Part shown: positions 26,709 through 35,712 of the stretch, piece after piece | Layout of the letters: each line of letters starts with the position of its first letter | Position numbering within the stretch: position 1 is the stretch's first letter | Assembly (NCBI GenBank): GCA_041658955.1 | Contig: JBAZZE010000001.1 | Location: 16,676-80,675 of the forward strand | Reading direction: 5' to 3' | DNA: 64,000 nucleotides | Source: Candidatus Shapirobacteria bacterium | Lineage (GTDB): Bacteria > Patescibacteriota > Microgenomatia > UBA12405 | Notes under the pieces: generated by a model | Told to the model about the DNA's origin: nothing | The model's input: the letters and a program-made list of their open reading frames with translations, nothing else | Databases searched by the model: none | Made by a program: the position numbers and the translations under genes

Positions 26709-27390
26709 TCAAATTAATAGATTTTGGTCGAAGCCTACATATGAAAATTTTAAAAAACACGGCTTCGTAAAAAAAGTTTTTACTATAAATGACTCTGAAG
26801 AGTTTATTAAAACCGGAGCGTATCTCGTTGAAGAAGCTATAAAACAAATGAACTCTCACATTCCGTGGGATGAATCTAGAAAGTTTGAAATTTTATTGCA
26901 TCCAAGATTAGAAAATATTTTTTTGGCCTTAGGGACAGAATATTTCTTAAAGGGGATTTTATTAGCCAAGGGATATGCGATAAATAAGCCAAAGATGGGA
27001 ATTAGCCTCGCTCACCCAATCCCAGTTTCAAGTAATAAGACTAAATTGTTGAAAACAGAAGTTCAAGACCTTTCGTACATAAAAGACCAAATAATACGAA
27101 CGGTAGATTTTTCTGATTTCGATAAATCACAAGAATCAGAAAAAATAAAAGAAAAAAAAGTCAACAAAGGAAAGGGAGTTCGAGGAATAACCAGTCTTTC
27201 CGTACCCCATCCAACAGCAAAACAAATATTGGATTACCTGCATTTCAAAAGAAACTTCTCATTACACCGCCCTTTTATAATTTCAGAATTTAGCGGAATT
27301 GTCCAACAAGAGCTGAAAATACTAAATTATATTGCTCAAAAAGAAACGGGGGAGACAATTAAAAAACTATCTTCAATTATCCACGAGTGA
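26692..27390 (+). CDS. Hypothetical protein with a C-terminal HEPN-like RNxxxH motif (island 1 gene 2)
   Basis: C-terminal segment HFKRNFSLHRPF gives R187-x4-H192 (nt 27250-27267). Confidence 0.4.
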   Translation: MTIIHNQINRFWSKPTYENFKKHGFVKKVFTINDSEEFIKTGAYLVEEAIKQMNSHIPWDESRKFEILLHPRLENIFLALGTEYFLKGILLAKGYAINKPKMGISLAHPIPVSSNKTKLLKTEVQDLSYIKDQIIRTVDFSDFDKSQESEKIKEKKVNKGKGVRGITSLSVPHPTAKQILDYLHFKRNFSLHRPFIISEFSGIVQQELKILNYIAQKETGETIKKLSSIIHE

Positions 27391-27397
27391 ACAGCCA

Positions 27398-28528
27398 ATG
27401 AAAAAACACAACACCCTTGTCTTAATGCCGTATCTGCCACTTGAGGGACTTATTAAATTTGATGGCTTACAAATATGGTCATATCAAAAACTCGGAAATA
27501 CTTTGATAAAAAATACTGCATTAAAAAACCACATAGATAAATTAGTTGGTTGTTACCAGCTTCATAAGGGAAATAAAATACAAAATCCAGCAATAGTTTC
27601 AGGCAGTAAGATTTGCTTCACAAATCCAACACAGCTCACTATCTCAAAAATAGAAGTGTTGAAGAATATTCTTTTGTTTCTTGGAATTCTTGAAAACAAC
27701 AGTTGGTCATTTATTACCAGCGATAACTTTGAGGTTTTCTATCAACGATTTGTTGTTGGTGATTCTGGATTAGCTACACAGGCGGGCGCAATTCACCATA
27801 TTACTTCTGGAGGCTATTCAATTGATGAAATGATTTTTCTTAAACCAGAGTGCATCAACCTACCACTAAGGTTTAATCCAAACGGACCAATATTTAGAGC
27901 ACTAGAGGATTGTATGGTACAGTCACGCAGCAGCCAAGATAAAAGTCAAATTATTCAGTCATTGAACCCATTGTTTAACGCTTACAGAAATAGTCACGAA
28001 CATTCTTGGCAATCACGCATTTTGTTAATCGTAATGGCGTTTGAATTACTATTTGGCGAAACCGAAAGAAAAAATTTTCGCAAGAATATTCAAAAATACT
28101 CAACACTAGGATTAAATAAGTTGTCAAAAACTTACAAGTACCCAATTATGGACACAAGAAATGGAAAAGTGATCGGATATGAAGATCTTACCCTAAATCA
28201 AATATGGGCTGAAGAATTTTATAAATTACGACATAAAATAATTCACGGAGACACGATTTATAGTGACGACTCCATTTTCACAGATCTAGTCGTAAATAAA
28301 GTACCAAAAGAACCCCATTTTTATATAGCTATTAACTTTTTTGTTGTTTGCCTACTCAACAATTTGAGAGAATTAGGTTATCAAAACATAGAGCACTATG
28401 TAATAAATTCCGATTCATCAAAAGTAATATTCAACAAGGTTATTTCAGGTATTAAGGATGAGCTTTTTAAAATCGAAGATATTGGTTTATATGACGCAAT
28501 ATCCAACAACATTCCTGATGAACAATAA
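27398..28528 (+). CDS. Hypothetical protein with a HEPN-like Rx4HG motif (island 1 gene 3)
   Basis: YKLRHKIIHGD at about 28220-28252. I placed the start at ATG 27398, just after the upstream stop; the ORF-track start at 27332 overlaps the previous gene by 59 nt. Confidence 0.4.
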   Translation: MKKHNTLVLMPYLPLEGLIKFDGLQIWSYQKLGNTLIKNTALKNHIDKLVGCYQLHKGNKIQNPAIVSGSKICFTNPTQLTISKIEVLKNILLFLGILENNSWSFITSDNFEVFYQRFVVGDSGLATQAGAIHHITSGGYSIDEMIFLKPECINLPLRFNPNGPIFRALEDCMVQSRSSQDKSQIIQSLNPLFNAYRNSHEHSWQSRILLIVMAFELLFGETERKNFRKNIQKYSTLGLNKLSKTYKYPIMDTRNGKVIGYEDLTLNQIWAEEFYKLRHKIIHGDTIYSDDSIFTDLVVNKVPKEPHFYIAINFFVVCLLNNLRELGYQNIEHYVINSDSSKVIFNKVISGIKDELFKIEDIGLYDAISNNIPDEQ

Positions 28529-28577
28529 GATAATCGTTAGTTGTCAATAGGGTAGTAAATAGGGTTATAATTCCGAC

Positions 28578-28889
28578 ATGGATAAAAGTAAAAAGGTCGA
28601 ATTACTTGATACAAAAATAAGCTTTATTGAAGAATTGGCAGGCGAATACAACCCCAACAATCTTCGGCAGTGGCGAGAAGAAACACTTATGATTTTAGAC
28701 AATTTAATTACAGTTGAATCAAAATACTACACCAATTTCGAAGATATTAGATATGTGTCTGGTGTAATAACTCCTATGGATAGTGTTGGTAATTCGGAAA
28801 GAAACAAAAAGTCTTACTTTGCAGGTTTAGAGAGGGCAAAAAGTTCATTGAAGGCAATTGTTTTTGGCATTCAAAACGATTTAATCTAA
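28578..28889 (+). CDS. Hypothetical protein (island 1 gene 4)
   Basis: ORF only. Confidence 0.35.
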   Translation: MDKSKKVELLDTKISFIEELAGEYNPNNLRQWREETLMILDNLITVESKYYTNFEDIRYVSGVITPMDSVGNSERNKKSYFAGLERAKSSLKAIVFGIQNDLI

Positions 28890-28893
28890 AAAA

Positions 28894-29517
28894 ATGAATA
28901 CTGAAGACGATGTAAAAGAACTAATATTGAAATATCTTTATGACTACAATAAGAAAAAGGGGCTGTGGACCACTCCATTGAAAGTTGTTTCAGATATAAA
29001 GTCCCCGGAGGTAGATAAAGTGCAAATATTAAACAATATTTCATATTTGATTGGAGAAAAATATATAAATAAAAAAACAGTAAAGACAAAAGGTTGTGTT
29101 GGCGGTACGATAACCTTTGAGAAAATAATTATTTCAAATAAGGGAATTCAACATTTTGAAGACTCCAAGTTCTCAGTAAAACAGTTCTCCTCAATCAATA
29201 TTCAATCAGTACAAGGATCGAATAATGTCTTTATTTTGGGTGATCAAACCGGAACAATTAACCAAACGGTCGGAAATTCGATTGCGGAACTTGATAAATT
29301 GATTGATCAAATCAAGAGTCAAGAATTGTCAGTCGATAAAGAAAGAGAGTTGATTGGGGATGTTGAGACTATCAAAAGTCAGTTAATAAAGCCAAGTCCT
29401 TCTTCTCAAATAATAAAAATTGCATGGCTAGCATTAAATGGAGCCGCAACTTTATCTGGTTCACACGACCTGATGTTGAAAATTGGTATGTTGCTGCAAC
29501 AGTATCTGACACATTAA
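28894..29517 (+). CDS. Hypothetical protein, possible N-terminal winged-helix plus coiled coil (island 1 gene 5)
   Basis: ORF; the N-terminal ~70 aa resembles a wHTH by pattern only. Confidence 0.35.
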   Translation: MNTEDDVKELILKYLYDYNKKKGLWTTPLKVVSDIKSPEVDKVQILNNISYLIGEKYINKKTVKTKGCVGGTITFEKIIISNKGIQHFEDSKFSVKQFSSINIQSVQGSNNVFILGDQTGTINQTVGNSIAELDKLIDQIKSQELSVDKERELIGDVETIKSQLIKPSPSSQIIKIAWLALNGAATLSGSHDLMLKIGMLLQQYLTH

Positions 29518-29524
29518 GCCATAC

Positions 29525-29971
29525 ATGATTTACGTAATTGGAGTCGGTCACACTATCCAGCACGATAGCCTTCACTTTTTTGGTGAAACTCATGAATATA
29601 TAGCCAAGTTAAGGCAGTTGGTACATGATAATAATATTCAACTTATTGCTGAGGAGTACTCTAATGAAGCTGCCAGAATGGACCAAGTCACCGATTCAGT
29701 TACTAAAATAGTTGCTGATGAGCTAGGAGTTCCACACAGATATTGTGATCCCGATTCGGCTGAGCGAAGATCAATTGGATGTCATTCAAGTGACGATGAT
29801 CATTTAAGACTTGGCAATTGGTTTGATAAAATTTACGACAAGGCAAGAGAGCAAGTAATTTTTGTTTGCGGAGACAGTCATAAAACTGACTTTGCATCCT
29901 TAATTGCAGGAAATGGATTTGAAGTCATGATTGTGGAAAATAGTTTTATCACCAAAGTTGACAGGACATGA
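29525..29971 (+). CDS. Hypothetical protein (island 1 gene 6)
   Basis: ORF only. Confidence 0.35.
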   Translation: MIYVIGVGHTIQHDSLHFFGETHEYIAKLRQLVHDNNIQLIAEEYSNEAARMDQVTDSVTKIVADELGVPHRYCDPDSAERRSIGCHSSDDDHLRLGNWFDKIYDKAREQVIFVCGDSHKTDFASLIAGNGFEVMIVENSFITKVDRT

Positions 29972-30018
29972 TCTTTCCAAGCTTCCGAAAAAGGCGACTT
30001 TGCTAGAAAGTATCTATT

Positions 30019-30666
30019 TTGATATCATATGATATGAAAAAGAAAAGACTTATAACATCGAGTTCTAGAGATTATCAGGAACTTTACTCGTATTTACATG
30101 ATAACTATAAAGACACGAAGCTTGACTCATTATCTAAAGTATTTTTGTCCATGTTTATTGTTTCTACTGCTGTTATTTCGCTTTTCTTACTACCTGGAAA
30201 TAATAGATTATTTTCCTCAATATTGTTTCCGACTAGCACCACATTAAACGATATATCGAAGATATCAAAGTTGGAGGATTCCGTGAAAAAACTTAGTACT
30301 GCGGTTGAATCAATTAACAACAATTTAATAAAAGACCCAACAAATACAGATCTAAAAAAAATTAGCATTAGAATGTCAGGATTAGAATCGTCACAAGAAG
30401 CACTTACTGAGACGATTCTAGAAAACCCAGATAAGGCACTAACATCAAAGCTGATCAGAGAAAAACAGATAATGGTTGAAAATGGAGTCGCAGAGATAAA
30501 GTCAAATTTGTCAAAACTAAACGACCGACTAGATAATATCGTTACAGCGTTAGTAGCTATTCCTCTTGGCGGATTTGTTTTATCTTTGGTTAGTACACTA
30601 ATATATTTTTTAATAAACAAAGGCAAAACTCATTCAGCTAAAAACAAAATATTAAAGAAAAGGTAA
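30019..30666 (+). CDS. Hypothetical coiled-coil protein with an N-terminal TM and a C-terminal TM (island 1 gene 7)
   Basis: N-terminal hydrophobic segment (FLSMFIVSTAVISLFLL), C-terminal TM, central heptad repeats. Confidence 0.35.
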   Translation: MISYDMKKKRLITSSSRDYQELYSYLHDNYKDTKLDSLSKVFLSMFIVSTAVISLFLLPGNNRLFSSILFPTSTTLNDISKISKLEDSVKKLSTAVESINNNLIKDPTNTDLKKISIRMSGLESSQEALTETILENPDKALTSKLIREKQIMVENGVAEIKSNLSKLNDRLDNIVTALVAIPLGGFVLSLVSTLIYFLINKGKTHSAKNKILKKR

Positions 30667-30939
30667 GCCAAGACATAGGGTGCTATTTTTAGTCTCGTCA
30701 CGACTTAAAAGTCGATCCAGAATTTACTTTCTTGATCCTTTTACCTAAATACTCATTCAATAGGGTTGTAATAGGGTATTTACGGTGCTTGCAGACCACC
30801 CCATACTTTTTAGGCACAAAGTCACTGCAAGCCTCCTGATTTCCAGCCACCGTTGTTTCATTTCTCCAAAGTATTTTAGCTCTGTTGGCCCATCAATAAT
30901 TGCCTGATAATTCGAGGTTGTGTTAATCGAATGATTGGG

Positions 30940-31048
30940 GAGCATATTAAAAAAGTCCGCCAAAAAATGACGGATTTTTTAATATATTCTTCCAAAAGTT
31001 CCAACTCACTTTAGTAAGGGGAGTTTATCCGCCGTGGCGGAAATCCTC
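30940..31048 (+). repeat. Repeat copy B, preceded by a decayed tRNA 3' end
   Basis: ...TCGAATGATTGGGGAGCAT followed by the same trailer as copy A. The match to A runs to AAATCCTC, with 5 mismatches. Confidence 0.8.
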
Positions 31049-31119
31049 TGGGGGGGTGAGCCTACTATTCAGAAAACCTACAACCGTAGCCTTCTATCGT
31101 ATAATAAGCCAATAGTTAT

Positions 31120-32166
31120 ATGAATATAAAAAATTTTGTTGGTTTAAAATTTCTTCGTTGGGCCATTGGTCTCTTTTTTGCTTTAGGTGCACTTGTATAT
31201 ATCAAAGAGAGCATTATCACTTCCGCTAGTTTTTTTCTTTTGACAATTTTTACCCTGCCTCCTTTATCTGATATTCCATCTTCAATAATCAAAAGACCAA
31301 TTAATAAACCAATTAAATTAATAATTGGTTTTTTACTATTTCTCATAGCTGTCAAGTTCACTCCTCCGGTATCTGAATCAAAAAGTAGCACTACTCAAGA
31401 CTCGTCTTCCGCCATTGCACTCACATCTATTCCTACTATTACTTCCACCCTAACTACAATCCCATCAATATCACCTACCCCAACCACAAATCCTCATCTC
31501 GCCAGAATGGTCAGAGTAGTTGACGGCGATACAATAGTGGTTAAAATTAACAGCCAGGAAGAAACAGTCAGGTTAATTGGTATCGATACTCCGGAAGTAG
31601 TTGACCCCAGGAAACCAGTCCAATGTTTTGGAAAAGAAGCTTCAGAAAAGATCAAAGAATTAATTCAGGGTAAAAGCGTAATTCTAACTCCAGATCCTAC
31701 TCAGAATGATAAAGATAATTACGGTCGACTTTTAAGATATGTTTATCTTGAGGATAGTACTTTCATTAATAAAAAAATGATTGAAGAGGGTTATGCTTTT
31801 GAGTACACCTACAGTATTCCTTACAAATACCAGTTAGAGCTTAAAGAATCCCAAAGACAAGCAAAGACAAACAAACTCGGACTATGGGCTGACAACGCCT
31901 GTCCGACAAACACTCTAGTCCCTACCAAAAAACCCACTTCACTACCACAGTCGACCGCTGTCCCTCAAAAACCCTCATCATCAACGAATACTAATGTTGC
32001 ACCTGCAGACACTTCATCACCCGGTGGTTCTTGGGCTTGTGACTGTAGTAAAGCTTGTGGGGTGATGTCATCATGTGCTGAAGCTCAATATCAACTTAAT
32101 TCCTGCGGGTGTCAGGCAAGGGATGGGGATAAAGATGGAATAGCTTGCGATAGTGACTGTCAATGA
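31120..32166 (+). CDS. Secreted thermonuclease (SNase-like) with a C-terminal Excalibur Ca-binding domain
   Basis: N-terminal TM/signal, S/T/P-rich linker, SNase core VVDGDTIVV ... RLIGIDTPE ... YGRLL ... GLW. C-terminal CAEAQYQLNSCGCQARDGDKDGIACD is Excalibur-like (DxDxDG). Confidence 0.7.
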   Translation: MNIKNFVGLKFLRWAIGLFFALGALVYIKESIITSASFFLLTIFTLPPLSDIPSSIIKRPINKPIKLIIGFLLFLIAVKFTPPVSESKSSTTQDSSSAIALTSIPTITSTLTTIPSISPTPTTNPHLARMVRVVDGDTIVVKINSQEETVRLIGIDTPEVVDPRKPVQCFGKEASEKIKELIQGKSVILTPDPTQNDKDNYGRLLRYVYLEDSTFINKKMIEEGYAFEYTYSIPYKYQLELKESQRQAKTNKLGLWADNACPTNTLVPTKKPTSLPQSTAVPQKPSSSTNTNVAPADTSSPGGSWACDCSKACGVMSSCAEAQYQLNSCGCQARDGDKDGIACDSDCQ

Positions 32167-32333
32167 AAGACACAGTAATTGTGTTATCGTGACCGCACAC
32201 CACCTTCCAAATTTCTTCTAACGCTGGGAGCATTTGTACTACATACATATTAGGATAGAACGATTTTTGTACTTTTTAGCGGTAAATTGGTATAACAAAG
32301 TCTCGAGAAATTAGTGTTACCATATTTTAAAAT

Positions 32334-32750
32334 ATGGGCAAATTTAGAAAAGAGCCTCCAGTATTATCAACTAATATTGTAGGAAAAGTGGTAGCGACTG
32401 AAGAGGGAAATTTATTTAATGGTGAACCTATTCAGGTTGTTGATAAAGCTAGTATTCCCGTAGATATGGAAGAAGCTTTGCGTAAGAGTCAAGAATATGC
32501 TGAGGCGATTCGGTTGCTGTCTGCTAGATTAGGTGTTGATCCTTTAGATCCTGATGGTATTTTAGATCCTGATGAGTTTGAATTACCAATTTTTTATAAT
32601 TCTGTTGGCGATTCAGTAGTTATCAAAGACGGTGTGCAAAAAGTATTAGATGGGGTTTATGTACCTAAAGTTCATTCAGTCACGCAGTTACCAGTAATTA
32701 ATGGTGATTTGTTTGTTTACGTAAAAAAGGAAGTGGACTCAAAAGGTTAA
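32334..32750 (+). CDS. Hypothetical protein
   Basis: ORF only. Confidence 0.35.
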   Translation: MGKFRKEPPVLSTNIVGKVVATEEGNLFNGEPIQVVDKASIPVDMEEALRKSQEYAEAIRLLSARLGVDPLDPDGILDPDEFELPIFYNSVGDSVVIKDGVQKVLDGVYVPKVHSVTQLPVINGDLFVYVKKEVDSKG

Positions 32751-32809
32751 AACATTTTTTAACTATACGATACATCCGGTAAAGTAGTAGGAAGATCGTT
32801 CCATAGTTC

Positions 32810-32895
32810 GAGCATATTAAAAAAGTCCGTCAAAAAATGACGGATTTTTTAATATCTTCTTCCAAAAGTTCCAACTCACTTTAGTGAGGGGAGTT
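32810..32895 (+). repeat. Repeat copy C, preceded by a deleted tRNA 3' remnant
   Basis: GTTCGAGCATATTAAAAAAGTCCGTCAAAAAATGACGGATTTTTTAATATCTTCTTCCAAAAGTTCCAACTCACTTTAGTGAGGGGAGTT, then diverges. Confidence 0.8.
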
Positions 32896-32964
32896 CAGTC
32901 CGATCGTAGCATCGGACAATCTTCGAGGTGGAGCCAGATATTTTTATCTTGATACAATGTTTAA

Positions 32965-33561
32965 ATGAGAAAAATTATTGCAGTTGAATTTATTACCCTT
33001 GATGGTGTGATGCAAGCTCCAGGTGACTCTAAAGAAGATGCAAGTGAAGGCTTCAAATATGGAGGTTGGATGGGTCCTCATTTTGATGAAGTTGGAGGAC
33101 AAGAAATGGATAAACAGATGAAAGCGACACGTGGATTACTCCTGGGTCGAAAAACATACAACATCTTTGCCGAATATTGGCCTAAGAACACTGAAAAAGG
33201 TTGGCCCCAAATAAACAAAATTCCAAAATACGTAGTTTCCAATACTTTAAAGAATCCAACCTGGGAAAATACTGTCGTATTAAAAAATATAGACGAACTA
33301 AAAAAACTAAAAAACTCTAGTGGGGAAGACCTGCAGGTATACGGAAGCAGCAATCTTCTTCAGACATTAATGAAACATGACCTGGTAGATGAGTTTTGGC
33401 TTAAAATATTTCCTATTACTCTTGGTACAGGTAAAAAACTTTTTGAAGAAGGAACAATTCCTACTTCTTTTACTTTGATTGAAAGTAAAATAACTCCTTC
33501 CGGGGTTATCTTTGCATCTTACAGACGTGCAGGAAAAGTCAAAACTAGCTCAATGTTGTGA
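32965..33561 (+). CDS. Dihydrofolate reductase-like (RibD C-terminal domain) family protein
   Basis: MRKIIAVEFITLDGVMQAP ... LQVYGSSNLLQTL matches the RibD_C/YwjB pattern. Confidence 0.6.
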   Translation: MRKIIAVEFITLDGVMQAPGDSKEDASEGFKYGGWMGPHFDEVGGQEMDKQMKATRGLLLGRKTYNIFAEYWPKNTEKGWPQINKIPKYVVSNTLKNPTWENTVVLKNIDELKKLKNSSGEDLQVYGSSNLLQTLMKHDLVDEFWLKIFPITLGTGKKLFEEGTIPTSFTLIESKITPSGVIFASYRRAGKVKTSSML

Positions 33562-33698
33562 AATAAGTATTAATCTGGTCTATTGCGAAGCGTCCGGGGA
33601 GTTCTAAAATCGTACCACCTAGCGAGCAAATCAAAACAATGTGGTTCCGATAAGACATGATGATTGGAGACAATGGTCAAAAAGAGATATTATAAGGA

Positions 33699-34514
33699 AT
33701 GAACAAAATACCAAAAACCATAAAGCTTTATAATGGTGTGGAAATTCCCAGAATTGGTTTAGGAGTCTGGAAAATTGATAATTCCAAAGTAGATCAAGTA
33801 ATTTCATGGGCAATTGAAACTGGCTATCGTCATATCGATACCGCTTGCGCTTATAGAAACGAAAATGGCGTCGGTCTGGGTATCCGGCAAAGTAATTTAA
33901 ATCGGCAGGATATTTTTGTTACCACAAAACTTGCGATTCAAGATTTTTTTAAACCAGAAAAAGCCTTTTCTCAAAGTCTAGACAAATTAAAAACGGGTTA
34001 TATTGATTTATATTTGCTTCACTGGCCGTTTCTGAACTGGAAAAACGCTTGGAAATCATTGGAAAATATTTACAAAAACGGCCAAGCAAAAGCCATTGGC
34101 GTTAGTAATTTTAGTATTAAACAATTAGAGGAATTAAAAAAAATAGGCGGGATCAAACCAATGGTAAATCAAGTTGAATTGAGCCCTTTTTTATTTAGAG
34201 AAAAACTAATTGATTACTGTCAGTCAGAAAATATTGTTGTCGAGGCTTATAGTCCTCTCACCCGAGGAAAAAGAATCGATGACCAGACGTTAACTGAAAT
34301 AGCTAAAGGTTCCAGGAAGACTGTTGCTCAAATTATGATCCGTTGGGGATTGCAGCATAATTTAGTTGTCCTCCCTAAGTCGGAAACTAAAAGTCATATC
34401 CAGAGTAATTTTGATGTTTTTGATTTTGAAATAGATAAAAAAGACATGCAAAAATTGGACCTCCTCAATGAAAATTTCAGTGCCCTAATACCTGGCTGGA
34501 GTCGAAAGGACTGA
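33699..34514 (+). CDS. Aldo/keto reductase
   Basis: IPRIGLGVWK ... GYRHIDTACAYRNE ... LLHWP matches the AKR pattern. Confidence 0.8.
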   Translation: MNKIPKTIKLYNGVEIPRIGLGVWKIDNSKVDQVISWAIETGYRHIDTACAYRNENGVGLGIRQSNLNRQDIFVTTKLAIQDFFKPEKAFSQSLDKLKTGYIDLYLLHWPFLNWKNAWKSLENIYKNGQAKAIGVSNFSIKQLEELKKIGGIKPMVNQVELSPFLFREKLIDYCQSENIVVEAYSPLTRGKRIDDQTLTEIAKGSRKTVAQIMIRWGLQHNLVVLPKSETKSHIQSNFDVFDFEIDKKDMQKLDLLNENFSALIPGWSRKD

Positions 34515-34520
34515 TCACCA

Positions 34521-35012
34521 TCACTCCTCTTTTTCAGCAAAGTTCCAACTAGCTGGGTGGCAGATGATTTCTACTGATTCGATTTCAAATTTGAAGGCAT
34601 CAAACAACTTTTCAGCAATAGCGGCGTTTTGCGCCATATCAAGAATTCTAGACTCAGCGTCTTCTATTCTCATAGCCTCATCTTGTGCTGCCGAGTTTAC
34701 GAGAGACCTTTTAACATCGAGTTTCGCCCGTTCAAAAGCTTCTAATGGATTTACTGCATCATTGGTGGTTGTATGAGTCCCAAATTCGTTGTCATAAATA
34801 ATGACTTGAAAAATATATTGGTCTGGTTTGACTAATGTGCTCAATATTTCAGCTATTGGCTCGGCGATTAAGCTATCACTTGTTGGCACGGTCAGACTCA
34901 CACCATATAAGCCATCTTTTCGTTTCGGCATTAATGTTTTTATTTCCACGCCCATGTTCGCCAAGTCAGAATCTGGTTGATTTAGAGTGCTCCACAGTTC
35001 TTTGTTAACCAC
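34521..35012 (-). CDS. Hypothetical protein
   Basis: ORF only. Confidence 0.35.
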   Translation of the reverse strand: MVNKELWSTLNQPDSDLANMGVEIKTLMPKRKDGLYGVSLTVPTSDSLIAEPIAEILSTLVKPDQYIFQVIIYDNEFGTHTTTNDAVNPLEAFERAKLDVKRSLVNSAAQDEAMRIEDAESRILDMAQNAAIAEKLFDAFKFEIESVEIICHPASWNFAEKEE

Positions 35013-35113
35013 ACCTGTATTCTACATGAACAACACAACCCAATAATTTTGAAGAGTAATCAGTAAAAAACTACACTTATATCTTTTCGAAAATCGTTCC
35101 AGAGTTCGGGTAT

Positions 35114-35644
35114 CTATTTTCTTTCCGTTCCCTTGTTGGAATCGGTGCAGTATACATTCAAATGAGGTACATCCTCACCGGGGTATTTACTCCAATCATA
35201 TTTACAAACCAAGTTGTCTTTGCGGTATCCAACTTTGTGACTATCATCGCCCTTGGATTCATTAAATTTCATGTATATAAAATTATTTTCTTTGAAATAA
35301 TTTTCAACTTTCTTTTCGTCTTCTGGTTTAGGGTCTGAATAGCTTATCAAATATGAATTCCCAAAAAATGTTTTGCGGGTTGAGACGGTGTCTCCTTCAC
35401 TCCAAAAGATGTCAGCCTTCACTGGCGCTAAGAAAGGTATCTTCGTATTTTTAGTCAGTTCTACTAGAAAAGTGTAGGTCAGGTCTGTAGGCACCGCGAC
35501 TACTTCTGCTGTCGGTGTGGATTCAACTGGTTTTTCTGTCTCTATAACTATTTCCTTTTTTACATTACATCCGGCTAGTAAAAATGCAGATATTATCACT
35601 GTTATTAATACAAGTTTATTTTTCATATACACATCATAGCTCAT
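35114..35644 (-). CDS. Putative lipoprotein
   Basis: Signal peptide with a lipobox-like LLAGC. Confidence 0.4.
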   Translation of the reverse strand: MSYDVYMKNKLVLITVIISAFLLAGCNVKKEIVIETEKPVESTPTAEVVAVPTDLTYTFLVELTKNTKIPFLAPVKADIFWSEGDTVSTRKTFFGNSYLISYSDPKPEDEKKVENYFKENNFIYMKFNESKGDDSHKVGYRKDNLVCKYDWSKYPGEDVPHLNVYCTDSNKGTERK

Positions 35645-35712
35645 TTACGCCCAGCGATTATGATTGACTCTAGCCCACTTGTGTATAATGTAACTGAACT
35701 TAAAAATAACAC

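Noticed and set aside
30757-30963. Minus-strand 68-aa ORF at the end of island 1 as a leftover integrase fragment
   Set aside because: No tyrosine-recombinase motifs (R..H..R..Y) were seen, and the ORF overlaps the intergenic ATAGGGT motif and repeat copy B. Probably spurious.
25735-32895. The three ~100-bp repeats as a CRISPR array
   Set aside because: Only three copies, spaced 5.2 and 1.9 kb apart with protein-coding genes between them. They contain a terminator hairpin and tRNA 3' remnants. They are att-like island boundaries, not CRISPR repeats.
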